DNA of 64,000 bases from Candidatus Omnitrophota bacterium. Lineage in GTDB: Bacteria; Omnitrophota; Gorgyraeia; B26-G9. Each line of letters opens with the position of its first letter. Position 1 is the first letter of the stretch. Location: the NCBI GenBank assembly GCA_043826565.1, contig JBDRPX010000008.1:17744-81743 (forward strand), read 5' to 3'. This document shows positions 36,550 through 46,349 of this stretch, one piece after another. The notes below the pieces were generated by a model that worked only from the letters and a program-made list of their open reading frames with translations, did not search any database and was not told the origin of the DNA. The position numbers and the translations under genes were made by a program.

Positions 36550-36960
36550 TTAAATATCATCAGGGATATCATTGCGTATTAATGCCAAAATTGCTGACTG
36601 GGGAACAATCACATAAGTTGTGCCTTCAAACTCGATTTCTACCGCAGAATTACGCAAAAACACCGCCCGGTCACCATTTTTTGCCTGCAGAGGAAAGTAC
36701 CTGGTTTTGCTCTCCCGTTCTTTCCAGGGTTCCTCAGACACATCCTGCGGCTCAGCCACCGGGATTCCCGGGCCGACTTTTATGACTTTTCCGCTATGAA
36801 CTTTTTCTTTTTCATAAGCGCTTTGCGGAAGGTATAATCCCGAAGAAGTCATCTCCTTGGCATTATCCGGCTTAATCAGCACCCGGTCTCCGATAACAAT
36901 CAAATCTCGTCCCATAACAATCCTTATTCTATCCTTCGGCGCGTTTACTCTCACACACAC
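36550..36960 (-). CDS. GroES/Cpn10-family co-chaperone (start may be 36915)
   Basis: GDRVLIKP, TSSGLYLP, GKVIKVGPG, GDR, AILA. Confidence 0.85.
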   Translation of the reverse strand: MCVRVNAPKDRIRIVMGRDLIVIGDRVLIKPDNAKEMTSSGLYLPQSAYEKEKVHSGKVIKVGPGIPVAEPQDVSEEPWKERESKTRYFPLQAKNGDRAVFLRNSAVEIEFEGTTYVIVPQSAILALIRNDIPDDI

Positions 36961-36988
36961 GATAACTTAAAAACCTATTTTAATCCTG

Positions 36989-37086
36989 TGAAAATTGAAT
37001 ATTGAGAATTGAAAATTGTACCCAAAAAATATTTTTAAAATTTCTTAACTGGAGAACAATCATCAACTTTCTATTTTCTACTTTCA
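36989..37086. repeat. Heptamer tandem inverted repeat (intergenic)
   Basis: (TGAAAAT/TGAATAT/TGAGAAT)n ... (TCAACTT/TCTATTT/TCTACCT)n. Confidence 0.5.
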
Positions 37087-38139
37087 TTATGTTTTATTTA
37101 CATACAGCGTCTGTGTCGGATAAGCAAACTCAATACTTCTTTTTGCAAATTCCTGCATGATTTTAAGATTGATCTCCTGCTGTATATCCATATACTTATT
37201 ATAATCCGCTCCGATAACATAATATACTATTTCAATTTTCAGAGCAAAATCACCGTACGCGGAAAAATGCGCCCGATCAAATTTAGCATCACTAATTCCA
37301 TTAATAATACTCTTAATAATCCCAGGGATTTCTTTTACCTGCGCCTGAGTAGTCTGATAAGTAACCCCCAGAGAAAAAACAACCCGGCGCTGCTCCATTC
37401 TTTTGTAATTACGTACCCGGGAATTCGTTAGATCAGTATTGGAAAAAATCAACTGCTCTCCCCCCAGACTGCGAATCCGCGTGGTCTTAATCCCGATATT
37501 TTCCACCGCCCCCATATAATCACCGATAATAATAAAATCACCGATCTCAAAAGGCCGGTCAAACATAATCGAGAAAAAGCTGAACAGATCCCCCAAAACT
37601 GCCTGCGCAGCCAAAGCAACGGCAATACCTCCGATCCCTAACCCGGCAATAACCGCGGAAACATTAAAACCCATATTATCCAGGAGAAAAACAATACCGA
37701 CTCCCCAGACAACTATTCTAACCACAAGCAGAAGGCCTTTAAGGCTGCGTTCCCTGGCTTCATTTTTTTCTTTTCCCAGTAAAAAAGGCAGCATAATAAA
37801 ATTCATAAATGATATCAATGTCCGTATTGCCACTATTGTTAAAATAAAAGCTCCCAGGAGATTAATACCTTTTTTTAATGATTCGGGTAAAACCAGTCCT
37901 TGAATACCTATATATAGAGCCCCGAAATACAAAAGCGGCATAATTCCCCGCTGCAGTAAACGTACCGCGAAATCATCCGCCATGGTCGCGGTCTTTTTCG
38001 CCCAGGTTTTTAAACGAGTAATAATAATTTTTTTTATTAATAAAAGCGCCAGAATCCCCAGGATAAAACTCCCCAAACAAATCAGATAATCTAAAACCCG
38101 ATTACCCAGAATCATTTTTTGTAAAATATCTAAATTCAT
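37087..38139 (-). CDS. Small-conductance mechanosensitive channel (MscS family)
   Basis: AGLGIGGIAVALAAQ, DRPFEIGDFI, IGIKTTRIRS, FAYPTQT. Confidence 0.95.
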   Translation of the reverse strand: MNLDILQKMILGNRVLDYLICLGSFILGILALLLIKKIIITRLKTWAKKTATMADDFAVRLLQRGIMPLLYFGALYIGIQGLVLPESLKKGINLLGAFILTIVAIRTLISFMNFIMLPFLLGKEKNEARERSLKGLLLVVRIVVWGVGIVFLLDNMGFNVSAVIAGLGIGGIAVALAAQAVLGDLFSFFSIMFDRPFEIGDFIIIGDYMGAVENIGIKTTRIRSLGGEQLIFSNTDLTNSRVRNYKRMEQRRVVFSLGVTYQTTQAQVKEIPGIIKSIINGISDAKFDRAHFSAYGDFALKIEIVYYVIGADYNKYMDIQQEINLKIMQEFAKRSIEFAYPTQTLYVNKT

Positions 38140-38396
38140 AACTCTCTCCTTACCATAGACTTCTTAAGATAGTTGGCCTTAAGATCCTATTTTACTATTT
38201 TATAATATGTTATGTCATGTTCTTTTCTATGTCAAGCAATTATGAGCTTCTGCCATCTATTTACCATCATTACAGAGATATATCTATATAACATATTACA
38301 AAATAAGAAGTTACCACCCCTAGGTTCCTCGGCGCTTTTGCTTGTAAAAATTCCGGGATATGATATACTTTATTGATTTTGAGGTTTCTTTAATAT

Positions 38397-38558
38397 GGGT
38401 CATTCTTATTTAGGTTCAAAATTAAAGAATGTCCTTGATTACAATGATTTAGAAGCAGATTACAGCGATTGTCTACGTTTGATAGGAAATGAATCTGTGT
38501 AATCGTATTTAATCTGTGAAATCAGGTTCTTTTATTCAGCTTAAACAAGAAAGAACCT
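38397..38558 (+). repeat. 160-bp palindromic repeat, copy 1
   Basis: Near-identical direct repeat of 40471-40631. Confidence 0.9.
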
Positions 38559-38584
38559 TAATATTGTTTAATTCGCGGTGAAAA

Positions 38585-40465
38585 ATGAATATATTTAAAA
38601 CAAATACGCTCAAGAATATCTGCTATATTAGCTGCCTGCTTACAATTATAGCCGCGGCTCTATTATGCCCTGCAGCTGCTGTCTGCTTTGCCAAAAATGT
38701 AGAAATACCAAACACGCTTTCCCCTAAGGTTCAGATAAAAGATGACGGCCTTGCCGAAGCATTTAACGAGTTCGTCAGTTCACAATCACTTCTTGGAAAA
38801 GTTTCCTTACCGGCAAAATGTATCCCCATGAAAAGTGTGCGTGAATACGGAGTAAAGATAAATAATGTGTCGACAAACTTTAAAATCGGAAAATATAACT
38901 TCAGAGTCCCCCCATATATTGCTGATCGCGTATATCGTGTTCACATCACCGACATTGATGCTGATAAGCTTACCTTTCAAAAAATGGGAATCGGTGTCGG
39001 ACAAAGACGCCCGACAAAAGCCGTTGTCCTGGCAGATTCCAAACATCCGAAAAACCAACTACTGATCTTTGATGACGGACAAACCATAAAAATAACCCGC
39101 TTAGGCGCTCCCGGATTTGTGGAAACCGTAAATTTCGGAGCCCAAGCACAGTTTAATGAAATGTCCCGCCAGGATTCTTTTTTGGAAAGAACAACACTCG
39201 GCAGCGCCTTTTTAGACGAAGTATTCGGTCTTAGCCAAGAAAGTAAGCCCCGGGCAGGAGATATTGTAAAAGCTTTAACAGAATTAGCGAAAAGCAATCC
39301 GAAACTAAAAAAACCGCTTCCGATTACACTGGCTTTCTTCTCCCAGGATTATATATTAACTTTTTCCCGGGAACTAATAAAATATTCCTCTGTATCAGTG
39401 CTGCGCGACCGGGAACAACGGGGCCGGTTCATAGCTATTGTCGATGAATTAAATCCGGAAAATTTCGTTGTTTTTGAACGCCGGGGAGAAAAAGTCGTTC
39501 TTTTGGGAAATAACGAACAAGCAATCATCGGACAACTAGTAAAAAAAGAAACCTCCGAGAATTTTTATTTTTCAGATTATACAGAAAGCGCGAAATTCTG
39601 CCGCACTGTTTCCCGGGAATTAGTCACCTACTCTCCCACAAAATCAGCCAGCAGTTTCAGCGTTAGAAAAGGCCTGCAATTACACGTCGGAGTAGATAAT
39701 CAGGATATTGGAATTCTTAAGGTGCATCAGGTAACCCAGGCAACAACAAGCGGACAGCAGATAAAACACCGTCCCCCGACAGAAACCGAGTCATTAATCT
39801 GGGAATCTTATCCTCTATATATCTTAGATGAGGATTTTCCCCAAGTATTGCCAATGGAAACCACCCCTATCCGCTGGGGAAACCCGGAATTTTTAACATT
39901 CCCTGTAGAAACACAGAAAGAATGGCCGGATTTCTTAAACCACAGCATATCCGGAGAAAATAGGTATTACCAAAAAATTGAGGGAATATATTTACGCAAA
40001 GGCAAAAAATACACTGTCTATAAATTTATCCGCCGGCAGGATGTTATCACGAAGATCATCTTTAATCAAGACGGGACTTTTAATATTAGCGGAATAACCT
40101 GGAACAACGGTATTCCGGTTGCCTTTAGAAATATCTCTCAGATATCTTTGCCATCACTGATAACCCAGTTAAATTCCAGCCGGTATATTGATATTGATCC
40201 CCAGCTAGCCGCACGCTTTGAATTAGGCGCTTTAATCGGCACACCTATTCGCGCGGTATATTCATTTAAGGATGGGGTGTTTGAACAGTCCGGGACCCTT
40301 CACTTAGATTCTTTAGATGACTTTGCCGGCTGGCAGCGAACAGAAGATGCTACAATTGCTCAAAGCCGCTGGCTAACCGAACAGGATATGCCCAGCAGCC
40401 TGGAATTGTTTGGACAAAGAATAAGGATGACTATTCCGCGCAATCTTGTAGAACAGGCAATCTAA
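38585..40465 (+). CDS. Hypothetical exported protein
   Basis: 626 aa; signal peptide, NTLSP after it, C-terminus LVEQAI. Confidence 0.75.
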   Translation: MNIFKTNTLKNICYISCLLTIIAAALLCPAAAVCFAKNVEIPNTLSPKVQIKDDGLAEAFNEFVSSQSLLGKVSLPAKCIPMKSVREYGVKINNVSTNFKIGKYNFRVPPYIADRVYRVHITDIDADKLTFQKMGIGVGQRRPTKAVVLADSKHPKNQLLIFDDGQTIKITRLGAPGFVETVNFGAQAQFNEMSRQDSFLERTTLGSAFLDEVFGLSQESKPRAGDIVKALTELAKSNPKLKKPLPITLAFFSQDYILTFSRELIKYSSVSVLRDREQRGRFIAIVDELNPENFVVFERRGEKVVLLGNNEQAIIGQLVKKETSENFYFSDYTESAKFCRTVSRELVTYSPTKSASSFSVRKGLQLHVGVDNQDIGILKVHQVTQATTSGQQIKHRPPTETESLIWESYPLYILDEDFPQVLPMETTPIRWGNPEFLTFPVETQKEWPDFLNHSISGENRYYQKIEGIYLRKGKKYTVYKFIRRQDVITKIIFNQDGTFNISGITWNNGIPVAFRNISQISLPSLITQLNSSRYIDIDPQLAARFELGALIGTPIRAVYSFKDGVFEQSGTLHLDSLDDFAGWQRTEDATIAQSRWLTEQDMPSSLELFGQRIRMTIPRNLVEQAI

Positions 40466-40470
40466 CTTAT

Positions 40471-40631
40471 GGGGCATTCTTTAGATTGAAAAATTAAAGA
40501 ATGCCCCTGATTACAATGATTTAGAAGCAGATTACAGCGATTGTCTACGTTTGATAAAAAATGAATCTGTGTAATCGTATTTTAATCTGTGAAATCAGGT
40601 TCTTTTATTCAACTTAAACAAGAAAGAACCT
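40471..40631 (+). repeat. 160-bp palindromic repeat, copy 2
   Basis: GGGCATTCTTT..AAAGAATGCCC hairpin, GATT/AATC periodic palindrome, GGTTCTTT..AAAGAACC hairpin. Confidence 0.9.
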
Positions 40632-40634
40632 AAC

Positions 40635-40847
40635 TTATTGCGGCTTTTTGAAAAAATCTTCAGAGATATATTTGGGGATATTCTTTAGATAAGAAAAAAA
40701 TCTATCCCATTCCAGATCATGCTTATAATTTGTTATCCGGGTAGACCCTCTTTTGGTTACCTCTTTAGTTATTACCCAGGTGCCGCTTTTTAAAAAAACA
40801 TAACCAAAAAAAATAACAACAATTAAAAAATATATTAATTTTTTCAT
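40635..40847 (-). CDS. Small membrane-anchored hypothetical protein
   Basis: 70 aa with N-terminal TM. Confidence 0.6.
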   Translation of the reverse strand: MKKLIYFLIVVIFFGYVFLKSGTWVITKEVTKRGSTRITNYKHDLEWDRFFSYLKNIPKYISEDFFKKPQ

Positions 40848-40868
40848 ATCTACGCCGCTGGGAATTGG

Positions 40869-41276
40869 TTATTTAAGTTTTTCTTCCTGCGCTAATTCAA
40901 CAAACTCATCAATAGCTTTCTTATCGGCATCAGCTATATTGGTAAACAAAATTCCTAAACGATGCCCCATCTCTTTCCAAACCACATTATAACGGACTTC
41001 CCCGATAATTTCCATCGACCGGACCTGATCGTCACGATTAGATTTAAGATTCACTAAGGTAAATTTAATAGAAAGAACAGTATCGGCAGGAATATCATAC
41101 TCTGTAGCAATCGCCATCCCTTTTGAACTTAAATTAACCATCAGCGCGATTATTCTAAGCTTATCCCCTATTCTCATATGCGCGATCAGCGCGCCGTCAG
41201 GTTTATAGGTAACGATAAAATTTACTGAGACCCTCTTTGCTTGGCGATTTTCCGTTCCATCAAAAGTTTCACTCAT
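40869..41276 (-). CDS. PilZ-domain protein
   Basis: ENRQAKR (RxxxR) and NLSSKG (NxSxxG); AAGGAG RBS before ATG 41276. Confidence 0.85.
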   Translation of the reverse strand: MSETFDGTENRQAKRVSVNFIVTYKPDGALIAHMRIGDKLRIIALMVNLSSKGMAIATEYDIPADTVLSIKFTLVNLKSNRDDQVRSMEIIGEVRYNVVWKEMGHRLGILFTNIADADKKAIDEFVELAQEEKLK

Positions 41277-41429
41277 CCGATAATCTCCTTTATTTTGCCG
41301 GCCATAAGATGTAACCGCAATAATTGTATAATGTTTTGAACATTTTTTCAAGACAAATATAGTATTTTGTCTTAAAAGTAACTAGTTACCAGTAACCAGG
41401 GTAAAAACATTTTTTGTCTTTATTATATA

Positions 41430-41804
41430 TTATTTTTTTTCACCTGTCATCTGTTGGGCTTCTTGAAGCTGTGCCTGTTTTTCCTTAAGCACAGATCGCG
41501 TGTTCGCCTGAATGGATTCAAGGATTTCAATAAGATCCTGTTTTACCTTGACCATATCCGGAAATTCATCATCTTTTGTATTATTTTTCTTATACTCATT
41601 CAGTTCATTATTTTTTAGTTCAATTTTCCCCTGCTGCTGCTGAATTCTGTGCTCAAGATCAGCTATAGATTTTTCCAAATAAATAGCTTTTTTTTGAGCA
41701 TATTGTTCCGGATTAAATACCTTATGAACTTTAGGAATACCCCATAGGATAATTACGGCGGCAATCAGAACGAACAGGATCAGATTTTTCCTATTTATTT
41801 TCAT
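41430..41804 (-). CDS. Hypothetical TM + coiled-coil protein
   Basis: N-terminal TM, Q/K/E-rich coil. Confidence 0.7.
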   Translation of the reverse strand: MKINRKNLILFVLIAAVIILWGIPKVHKVFNPEQYAQKKAIYLEKSIADLEHRIQQQQGKIELKNNELNEYKKNNTKDDEFPDMVKVKQDLIEILESIQANTRSVLKEKQAQLQEAQQMTGEKK

Positions 41805-41819
41805 ACCTTCTCATTCTTT

Positions 41820-41991
41820 GACTGCCGCTGCCGCAGCCCACATCAAGGATGCTCTCATTACTTTCCGGTTTAAGCATTTTCATAACCATGGCCGTGCGGC
41901 AAAGCTGCTCCTACTCCACTATCGGCTTCGTAGATATTATCTTATTTCAATTTACTGCACTTTTATTGAAGAAGTTTTTGATCTCGTTCAT
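41820..41991 (-). pseudogene. Class I SAM methyltransferase remnant
   Basis: ATG 41991 MNEIKNFFNKSAVN*NKIISTKPIVE*EQ...ESILDVGCGSG; two in-frame stops and truncation after motif I. Confidence 0.65.
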
Positions 41992-42073
41992 TTAACCCTC
42001 TAAATTCTAAAGCATTTGCTTCCGCCATTGAACCGCAACATCTAATCATTATTATAAGTGTTCTCCTTACCCA

Positions 42074-42490
42074 TTAAACATGCTCCGCAAATAATCCCCG
42101 CAGCTCATCAGCATCATCAATCATTACTGGGCCTTCTACAACCTCTCCATCCTCAAAAAACACAAACCGCGGCACAGCGTCTATTTCATATTTAAGAAGC
42201 AAATCATTATTTCTGCGGCAGTTCACTGTCACCACTTTTAGGTTCCCTTCCAGCTCTTCAGCCAACTCATCCAGAATCGGACTAATCTTTGTACAGGTAG
42301 GATTAACTGTTGTATAGAAAACCACCGCTACTTTACCGGAACTATCAATAACTTCCGCATCAAAATGATCCATTCCTTTGACATCAACAATAAGGCGTGA
42401 AGATGTATATCCGCGATTACCGGAACATCCGGAGAAAACAATACAAATTAAAAACATAATGGCTGTTAAATAAATCATTTTATTTTGCAT
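42074..42490 (-). CDS. Thioredoxin-fold lipoprotein with atypical active site
   Basis: Lipobox FSGC; FYTTVNPTC in place of WCxxC; cis-Pro VP. Confidence 0.75.
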   Translation of the reverse strand: MQNKMIYLTAIMFLICIVFSGCSGNRGYTSSRLIVDVKGMDHFDAEVIDSSGKVAVVFYTTVNPTCTKISPILDELAEELEGNLKVVTVNCRRNNDLLLKYEIDAVPRFVFFEDGEVVEGPVMIDDADELRGLFAEHV

Positions 42491-43161
42491 CAACACCCTC
42501 CGTTTTTTCTCCTTGCTGCTAAGCACCCCATTATCCCCGTTAAAAACAACAAAATACTCGACGGCTCGGGAATGGAAAAATTAATATCATCCCAGCAGGT
42601 CGGATTCGGGGAATAATATTCCTCAGGCAACGGGTTCAACCCATCGTCATCCCACCAGGTCATTAAAGTAATTTTAGCCTGGGTAGCCGGCTGCGGAATT
42701 CGGCCTTCGTAACTTGAAAATATCCACTCTCCTTTAGGCAGATCATCAATTGTATATTCTGCAACATCAATCGTGATTCCGGACGCATTTATGAACTCTA
42801 TATTTACTCCGGACCAGTATGTGGCCAGCTCTCCCCCGGCATTTGCTTGATGTGAATTAAATGAGAGATTATAATATGCGCCTCCTTTAGCATTCACCAC
42901 CTGCGACAGTCCCCCGTCCCAAAAGCATTTTGCATACCAGGAGCCGTCAGTGGCAAAAGGGAAATTTGCTGACCTTTGCCAATTATTATATGACGGCTCT
43001 TGACCGCCCCAAATAATTTCCCAACCCGGAAATTTTCCGGTAGCTGTATTTCCTGATGCTGGTGTTTCAAAACTTCCATTAACTATTTCATTGCCGATGG
43101 CAAAAGCAGGCGGTGTACATACTAAAACTGCAGCCAGCACTAACAATACACACAACTTCAT
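42490..43161 (-). CDS. PEP-CTERM protein with CBM-like domain
   Basis: Signal peptide, NGSFE, WDDI, C-terminal IPEPSSILLFLTGIMGCLAARRK. Confidence 0.85.
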   Translation of the reverse strand: MKLCVLLVLAAVLVCTPPAFAIGNEIVNGSFETPASGNTATGKFPGWEIIWGGQEPSYNNWQRSANFPFATDGSWYAKCFWDGGLSQVVNAKGGAYYNLSFNSHQANAGGELATYWSGVNIEFINASGITIDVAEYTIDDLPKGEWIFSSYEGRIPQPATQAKITLMTWWDDDGLNPLPEEYYSPNPTCWDDINFSIPEPSSILLFLTGIMGCLAARRKNGGC

Positions 43162-43207
43162 AATTACCTCCTTTTTAGAGGACAAAATACCAGCATAGCT
43201 TAATTTT

Positions 43208-43942
43208 CTAACCGTTAGATGGGGTTAAATACGCATTATAATACTGCTCAATTTCTTCTAAGATATTCATATCCAGCTTAAACGACATAAAATCGATTGC
43301 CGAGCTCAGTTTAACCAGCGCATTAATAATCGCGTCTTCTTTGATAACCTGCCGGAGTTTATTGCAGATATTCTGATTCGCCTGAAAGATATCACTAAAG
43401 ATATCGGAAAGCTTTTTAAGCTGCCAGTCCGGCTCTTTCCCGTGCCTCTGCAGAAAATACTGCGCCAGCAGATACATGGTTATCAAGCGGTATGTTGTCT
43501 CTTCCGGGCGGGCAAAAGGCAGATGATATCTCACCATCGGTTTTAGAGGTTCAAAAACCGGACAACCGCTGGTCGACATATATATGCCCATCAGAGAACT
43601 TACCCCGACCTGCATATCCGTATTTTTGAGATAGCTTCTGTTTTCAGTTTCTATTAAAAGTTCTATCTTATCACAGGAAACCGCCCCTTTAAAAAACTCC
43701 ACCAGCTCCATAAGGTTTACCGCTACCGGACAGAACTCATGTTTTAACACATCAATCCGGCAATTCGGACATCGAAAATCTATCAGCGCCGCCCAATCCG
43801 GGGGATCTTGCTCCTTTTCCCGTATTAAATGCATAGTTTCATTATCCAATTTTACCAGGAACTCTTTTTTTGTTCCGTCGGTAAAAGTAAATGTATACTT
43901 AAGCTCCATATATCCTCCCTTTTTCAATACATTATATCGCAT
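43208..43942 (-). CDS. DUF6901-like hypothetical protein
   Basis: PPDW..L...CPNC...CP.A, SGCP...LKPM.R.HLPFA..EET.YR pattern. Confidence 0.65.
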   Translation of the reverse strand: MRYNVLKKGGYMELKYTFTFTDGTKKEFLVKLDNETMHLIREKEQDPPDWAALIDFRCPNCRIDVLKHEFCPVAVNLMELVEFFKGAVSCDKIELLIETENRSYLKNTDMQVGVSSLMGIYMSTSGCPVFEPLKPMVRYHLPFARPEETTYRLITMYLLAQYFLQRHGKEPDWQLKKLSDIFSDIFQANQNICNKLRQVIKEDAIINALVKLSSAIDFMSFKLDMNILEEIEQYYNAYLTPSNG

Positions 43943-44011
43943 ATTTGGAAAAAACCAAAAATATATTGAATCATTGAAAAATCCCTAAAATAGTGTAGAA
44001 TAAAATATGAT

Positions 44012-45619
44012 ATGAAAAGGAAAACTCTCACAATTCTTTTTGCGGATGTTCAGGGATATACTATTCGTACTGCCCGGCAAACACGCGAGCAGAACGAAAA
44101 ATTCATAAAAGAAATCCGTTCTTTTGTGGAAAAAAATATCCAGGAAAAAGACGGAACCCTGGTTAAATCCATGGGCGATGGATTTCTCATCACTTTTGAA
44201 TCCCCTACCGACGCGGTTGCCTGCGGACGGGAAATGCAAAGTCAAATCAAACAGCGTAATACCAACGCGCTGCACCATAATGATTACATTCGCTTTCGTA
44301 TCGGAATCAGCACCGGTGAAGTTAATGTTGATGATAACGGCGATGTATACGGAGAAGCTGTCAATATCGCTTCCCGCATCCAAAACTTTGCCAGCCCTAA
44401 TGACGTATTTCTCGCGGAAGCCACATATCTGGCGATGAATAAATCTGAAATTCAAGCCTTGGATCTCGGACCCCAGCGTTTTAAAAACATTGTCCAGGAA
44501 GTCCGGGTATATAAAGTATCTGACGGCAGTCCGGACTATGACACTCTGCTTCCGGCGCAAAAGGAATCATCAAAAAATAAAACACCTCTATTAACCGGCC
44601 TCATCATTCTAATAATCGCTGCCGGAATTATAGCTGTGCTGATCAAAAAAGAAAAACCCGAATCTTCACAATCCACCCAGGAACAGAAAAAAAACATCAG
44701 AGAACTTATGCAAATGGGGAATTATTCGGAAGTGATCAGCTTAGGTCAGAAGGAATTAAAAAAGAATCCTAACAATGCGAAACTTCATCTGTTAATCGGG
44801 GAAGCTTTTCTGCAAATCAGTGATTATAATCAGGCGGACCTGTATTTTCAGCAAGCCATTAGAATAGACCCCCTGATGCCGGCTTCATATTTTAAGCTGG
44901 CGGTAGTTTTTGAGCAAACCCATCGTTATGAAGAAGCCATCCAGACGCTTGGAGAATATATAAATAAAGAAACCCGGGAATTTGAAAAAAGAAGAGCTCT
45001 AAAAAAAATGCGCGTACTTGAACAAAAAGCCGCTCAGCGTGAAGAAAAGCAGCTAGCCCATGAACAAATATTAAGCGAACTGGAAAGGCGGGAGCAAATT
45101 CTCAGAGAAAAAGAAGAAAAAGACCGTCAGGAACGGGAAAAAGCTTTAGAAGAACGCGAGCGGGAGCTGGAAAAAGAAAGACTAAGAATAGAATTAATGA
45201 AAGCACAAAAACAGGAACAACCTGCCCCGCAAAATACTCAGCCCCAGCAAAAGCAGCAGCCGAAGCAAAAAGAAAGCCTCATATCACTTATGAATGATGG
45301 CGATTATCTAAGGCTTGTAGAATACGGCGAAGAAGCTCTAGAAGAACGGCCGGATAATGTCAAGATCCGCTTACTGGTCGGCGAAGCTTATTTTAAAATG
45401 GAAAATTATGACCGGGCAATTATGCATTTTAAAAAAGCCTCGGAAGTTAACCCGGAAAATCCAAAACCCTATCAACGGCTTTACGTTATCTACGAAAGAA
45501 AAGGCGATCTGTTCAATACCCGTAAATATTTGCAGGAATATATAGACCACGAACCCCGTAATGACCAAAGAGAACTTGCTGAAGATAAGCTGAAAAACCT
45601 GCGGGGAAAAATGTGGTAG
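44012..45619 (+). CDS. Class III adenylate/guanylate cyclase with TM and TPR domains
   Basis: LFADVQGYT, KSMGDG, RIGISTGEV, DVYGEAVNIASRI; TM; TPRs. Confidence 0.9.
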   Translation: MKRKTLTILFADVQGYTIRTARQTREQNEKFIKEIRSFVEKNIQEKDGTLVKSMGDGFLITFESPTDAVACGREMQSQIKQRNTNALHHNDYIRFRIGISTGEVNVDDNGDVYGEAVNIASRIQNFASPNDVFLAEATYLAMNKSEIQALDLGPQRFKNIVQEVRVYKVSDGSPDYDTLLPAQKESSKNKTPLLTGLIILIIAAGIIAVLIKKEKPESSQSTQEQKKNIRELMQMGNYSEVISLGQKELKKNPNNAKLHLLIGEAFLQISDYNQADLYFQQAIRIDPLMPASYFKLAVVFEQTHRYEEAIQTLGEYINKETREFEKRRALKKMRVLEQKAAQREEKQLAHEQILSELERREQILREKEEKDRQEREKALEERERELEKERLRIELMKAQKQEQPAPQNTQPQQKQQPKQKESLISLMNDGDYLRLVEYGEEALEERPDNVKIRLLVGEAYFKMENYDRAIMHFKKASEVNPENPKPYQRLYVIYERKGDLFNTRKYLQEYIDHEPRNDQRELAEDKLKNLRGKMW

Positions 45620-45719
45620 TTAGGGCCTCCTAAACTTCCCGCCAAAAAAGGCAGGGATTGCGTCCCCGTCGTGTCGCTCATTGCGCTTGCCTTTCAGACA
45701 ATGCTCATCCACTCATGAT

Positions 45720-45965
45720 TTAATCTGTAAAAAATTTTTCTTTTATAATTCTCCGGCCGGTTGTAGACTTATAAAAACTCTCTTTTTGCCTAGCTTCTTT
45801 TAAAGTTGCAAAAGATTCTGTCTGAATAATGTTATATGGACGGTATGGACGAGAGGCTTTGACTCTACCGGCATTATGCATTGCTAAACGCTTAGTAATA
45901 TCATCAGCAACGCCGGTATAGGTTCGTGTTTTTCCCTTATTAAGAAGGATGTAAACATAATACAT
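45720..45965 (-). CDS. GIY-YIG nuclease (small, YhbQ-like)
   Basis: YYVYIL, TYTG, RLAMHN, EAR.KE..YKS..GR. Confidence 0.85.
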   Translation of the reverse strand: MYYVYILLNKGKTRTYTGVADDITKRLAMHNAGRVKASRPYRPYNIIQTESFATLKEARQKESFYKSTTGRRIIKEKFFTD

Positions 45966-46166
45966 TGTATTATTACCTGGCGGATCCGCCTACTACATCC
46001 AGAAAAGGCAGGGAATCCAAGCATTGAGCGTTGCGAAATGCGCAGGCTCCCCGGCCGAAACGCTAAGATTTATGAGGAGGTGACTTTTTGAAATTTATTT
46101 GCAAAAGTACCGACGAATAAAGATTAAATTAGCCGAGTTTTATTCGGGTAATTACAGGAATACGAC

Positions 46167-46204
46167 AAAAAAAGAGAAAGTAAGTTTATTTACTTTCTCT
46201 TTTT
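46167..46204 (-). terminator. Intrinsic terminator downstream of ncRNA candidate
   Basis: Minus strand AGAGAAAGTAA-ATAAAC-TTACTTTCTCT-TTTTTT. Confidence 0.75.
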
Positions 46205-46207
46205 GGA

Positions 46208-46349
46208 GTATTACTGGCGGGTAGTCGTGGACGGTAGGCGAACCCTACAAACCCTTGAAACAAGCCTACTTATAAAACTCTACCGTAAACGTAGTATGGG
46301 AGCGCTGATATCTTTAGGGGATCCACTCGACACTACCCTGCCGTACAAT
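46208..46349 (-). ncRNA. Structured ncRNA, 6S RNA-like
   Basis: 5' GGCAGGGTAG..TCG.GTGGA pairs with 3' TCCACGACTACCCGCC; motifs TCCCCT..GATAT, GCGCTCC and CTTG..CAAGGGTT resemble 6S RNA; extended -10 TGATAAAAT upstream and terminator downstream. Confidence 0.45.

Noticed and set aside
36550-36960. groES of a groESL operon
   Set aside because: No groEL is adjacent and the sequence is divergent, so it was called at family level only.
41820-41991. Stop-codon recoding
   Set aside because: Both TGA and TAG occur and the gene is truncated, while other genes use both as stops; it is an ordinary pseudogene.
43985-44560. 191-aa minus-strand ORF and other antisense ORFs in the track (e.g. 8804-9202, 16601-16972, 58703-59161, 61899-62357)
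   Set aside because: They are shadows of well-supported genes on the opposite strand and carry no motifs.
46208-46349. tRNA or tmRNA gene
   Set aside because: No cloverleaf; the GTTCG loop lacks the 7-nt T-loop and there is no proper acceptor stem.
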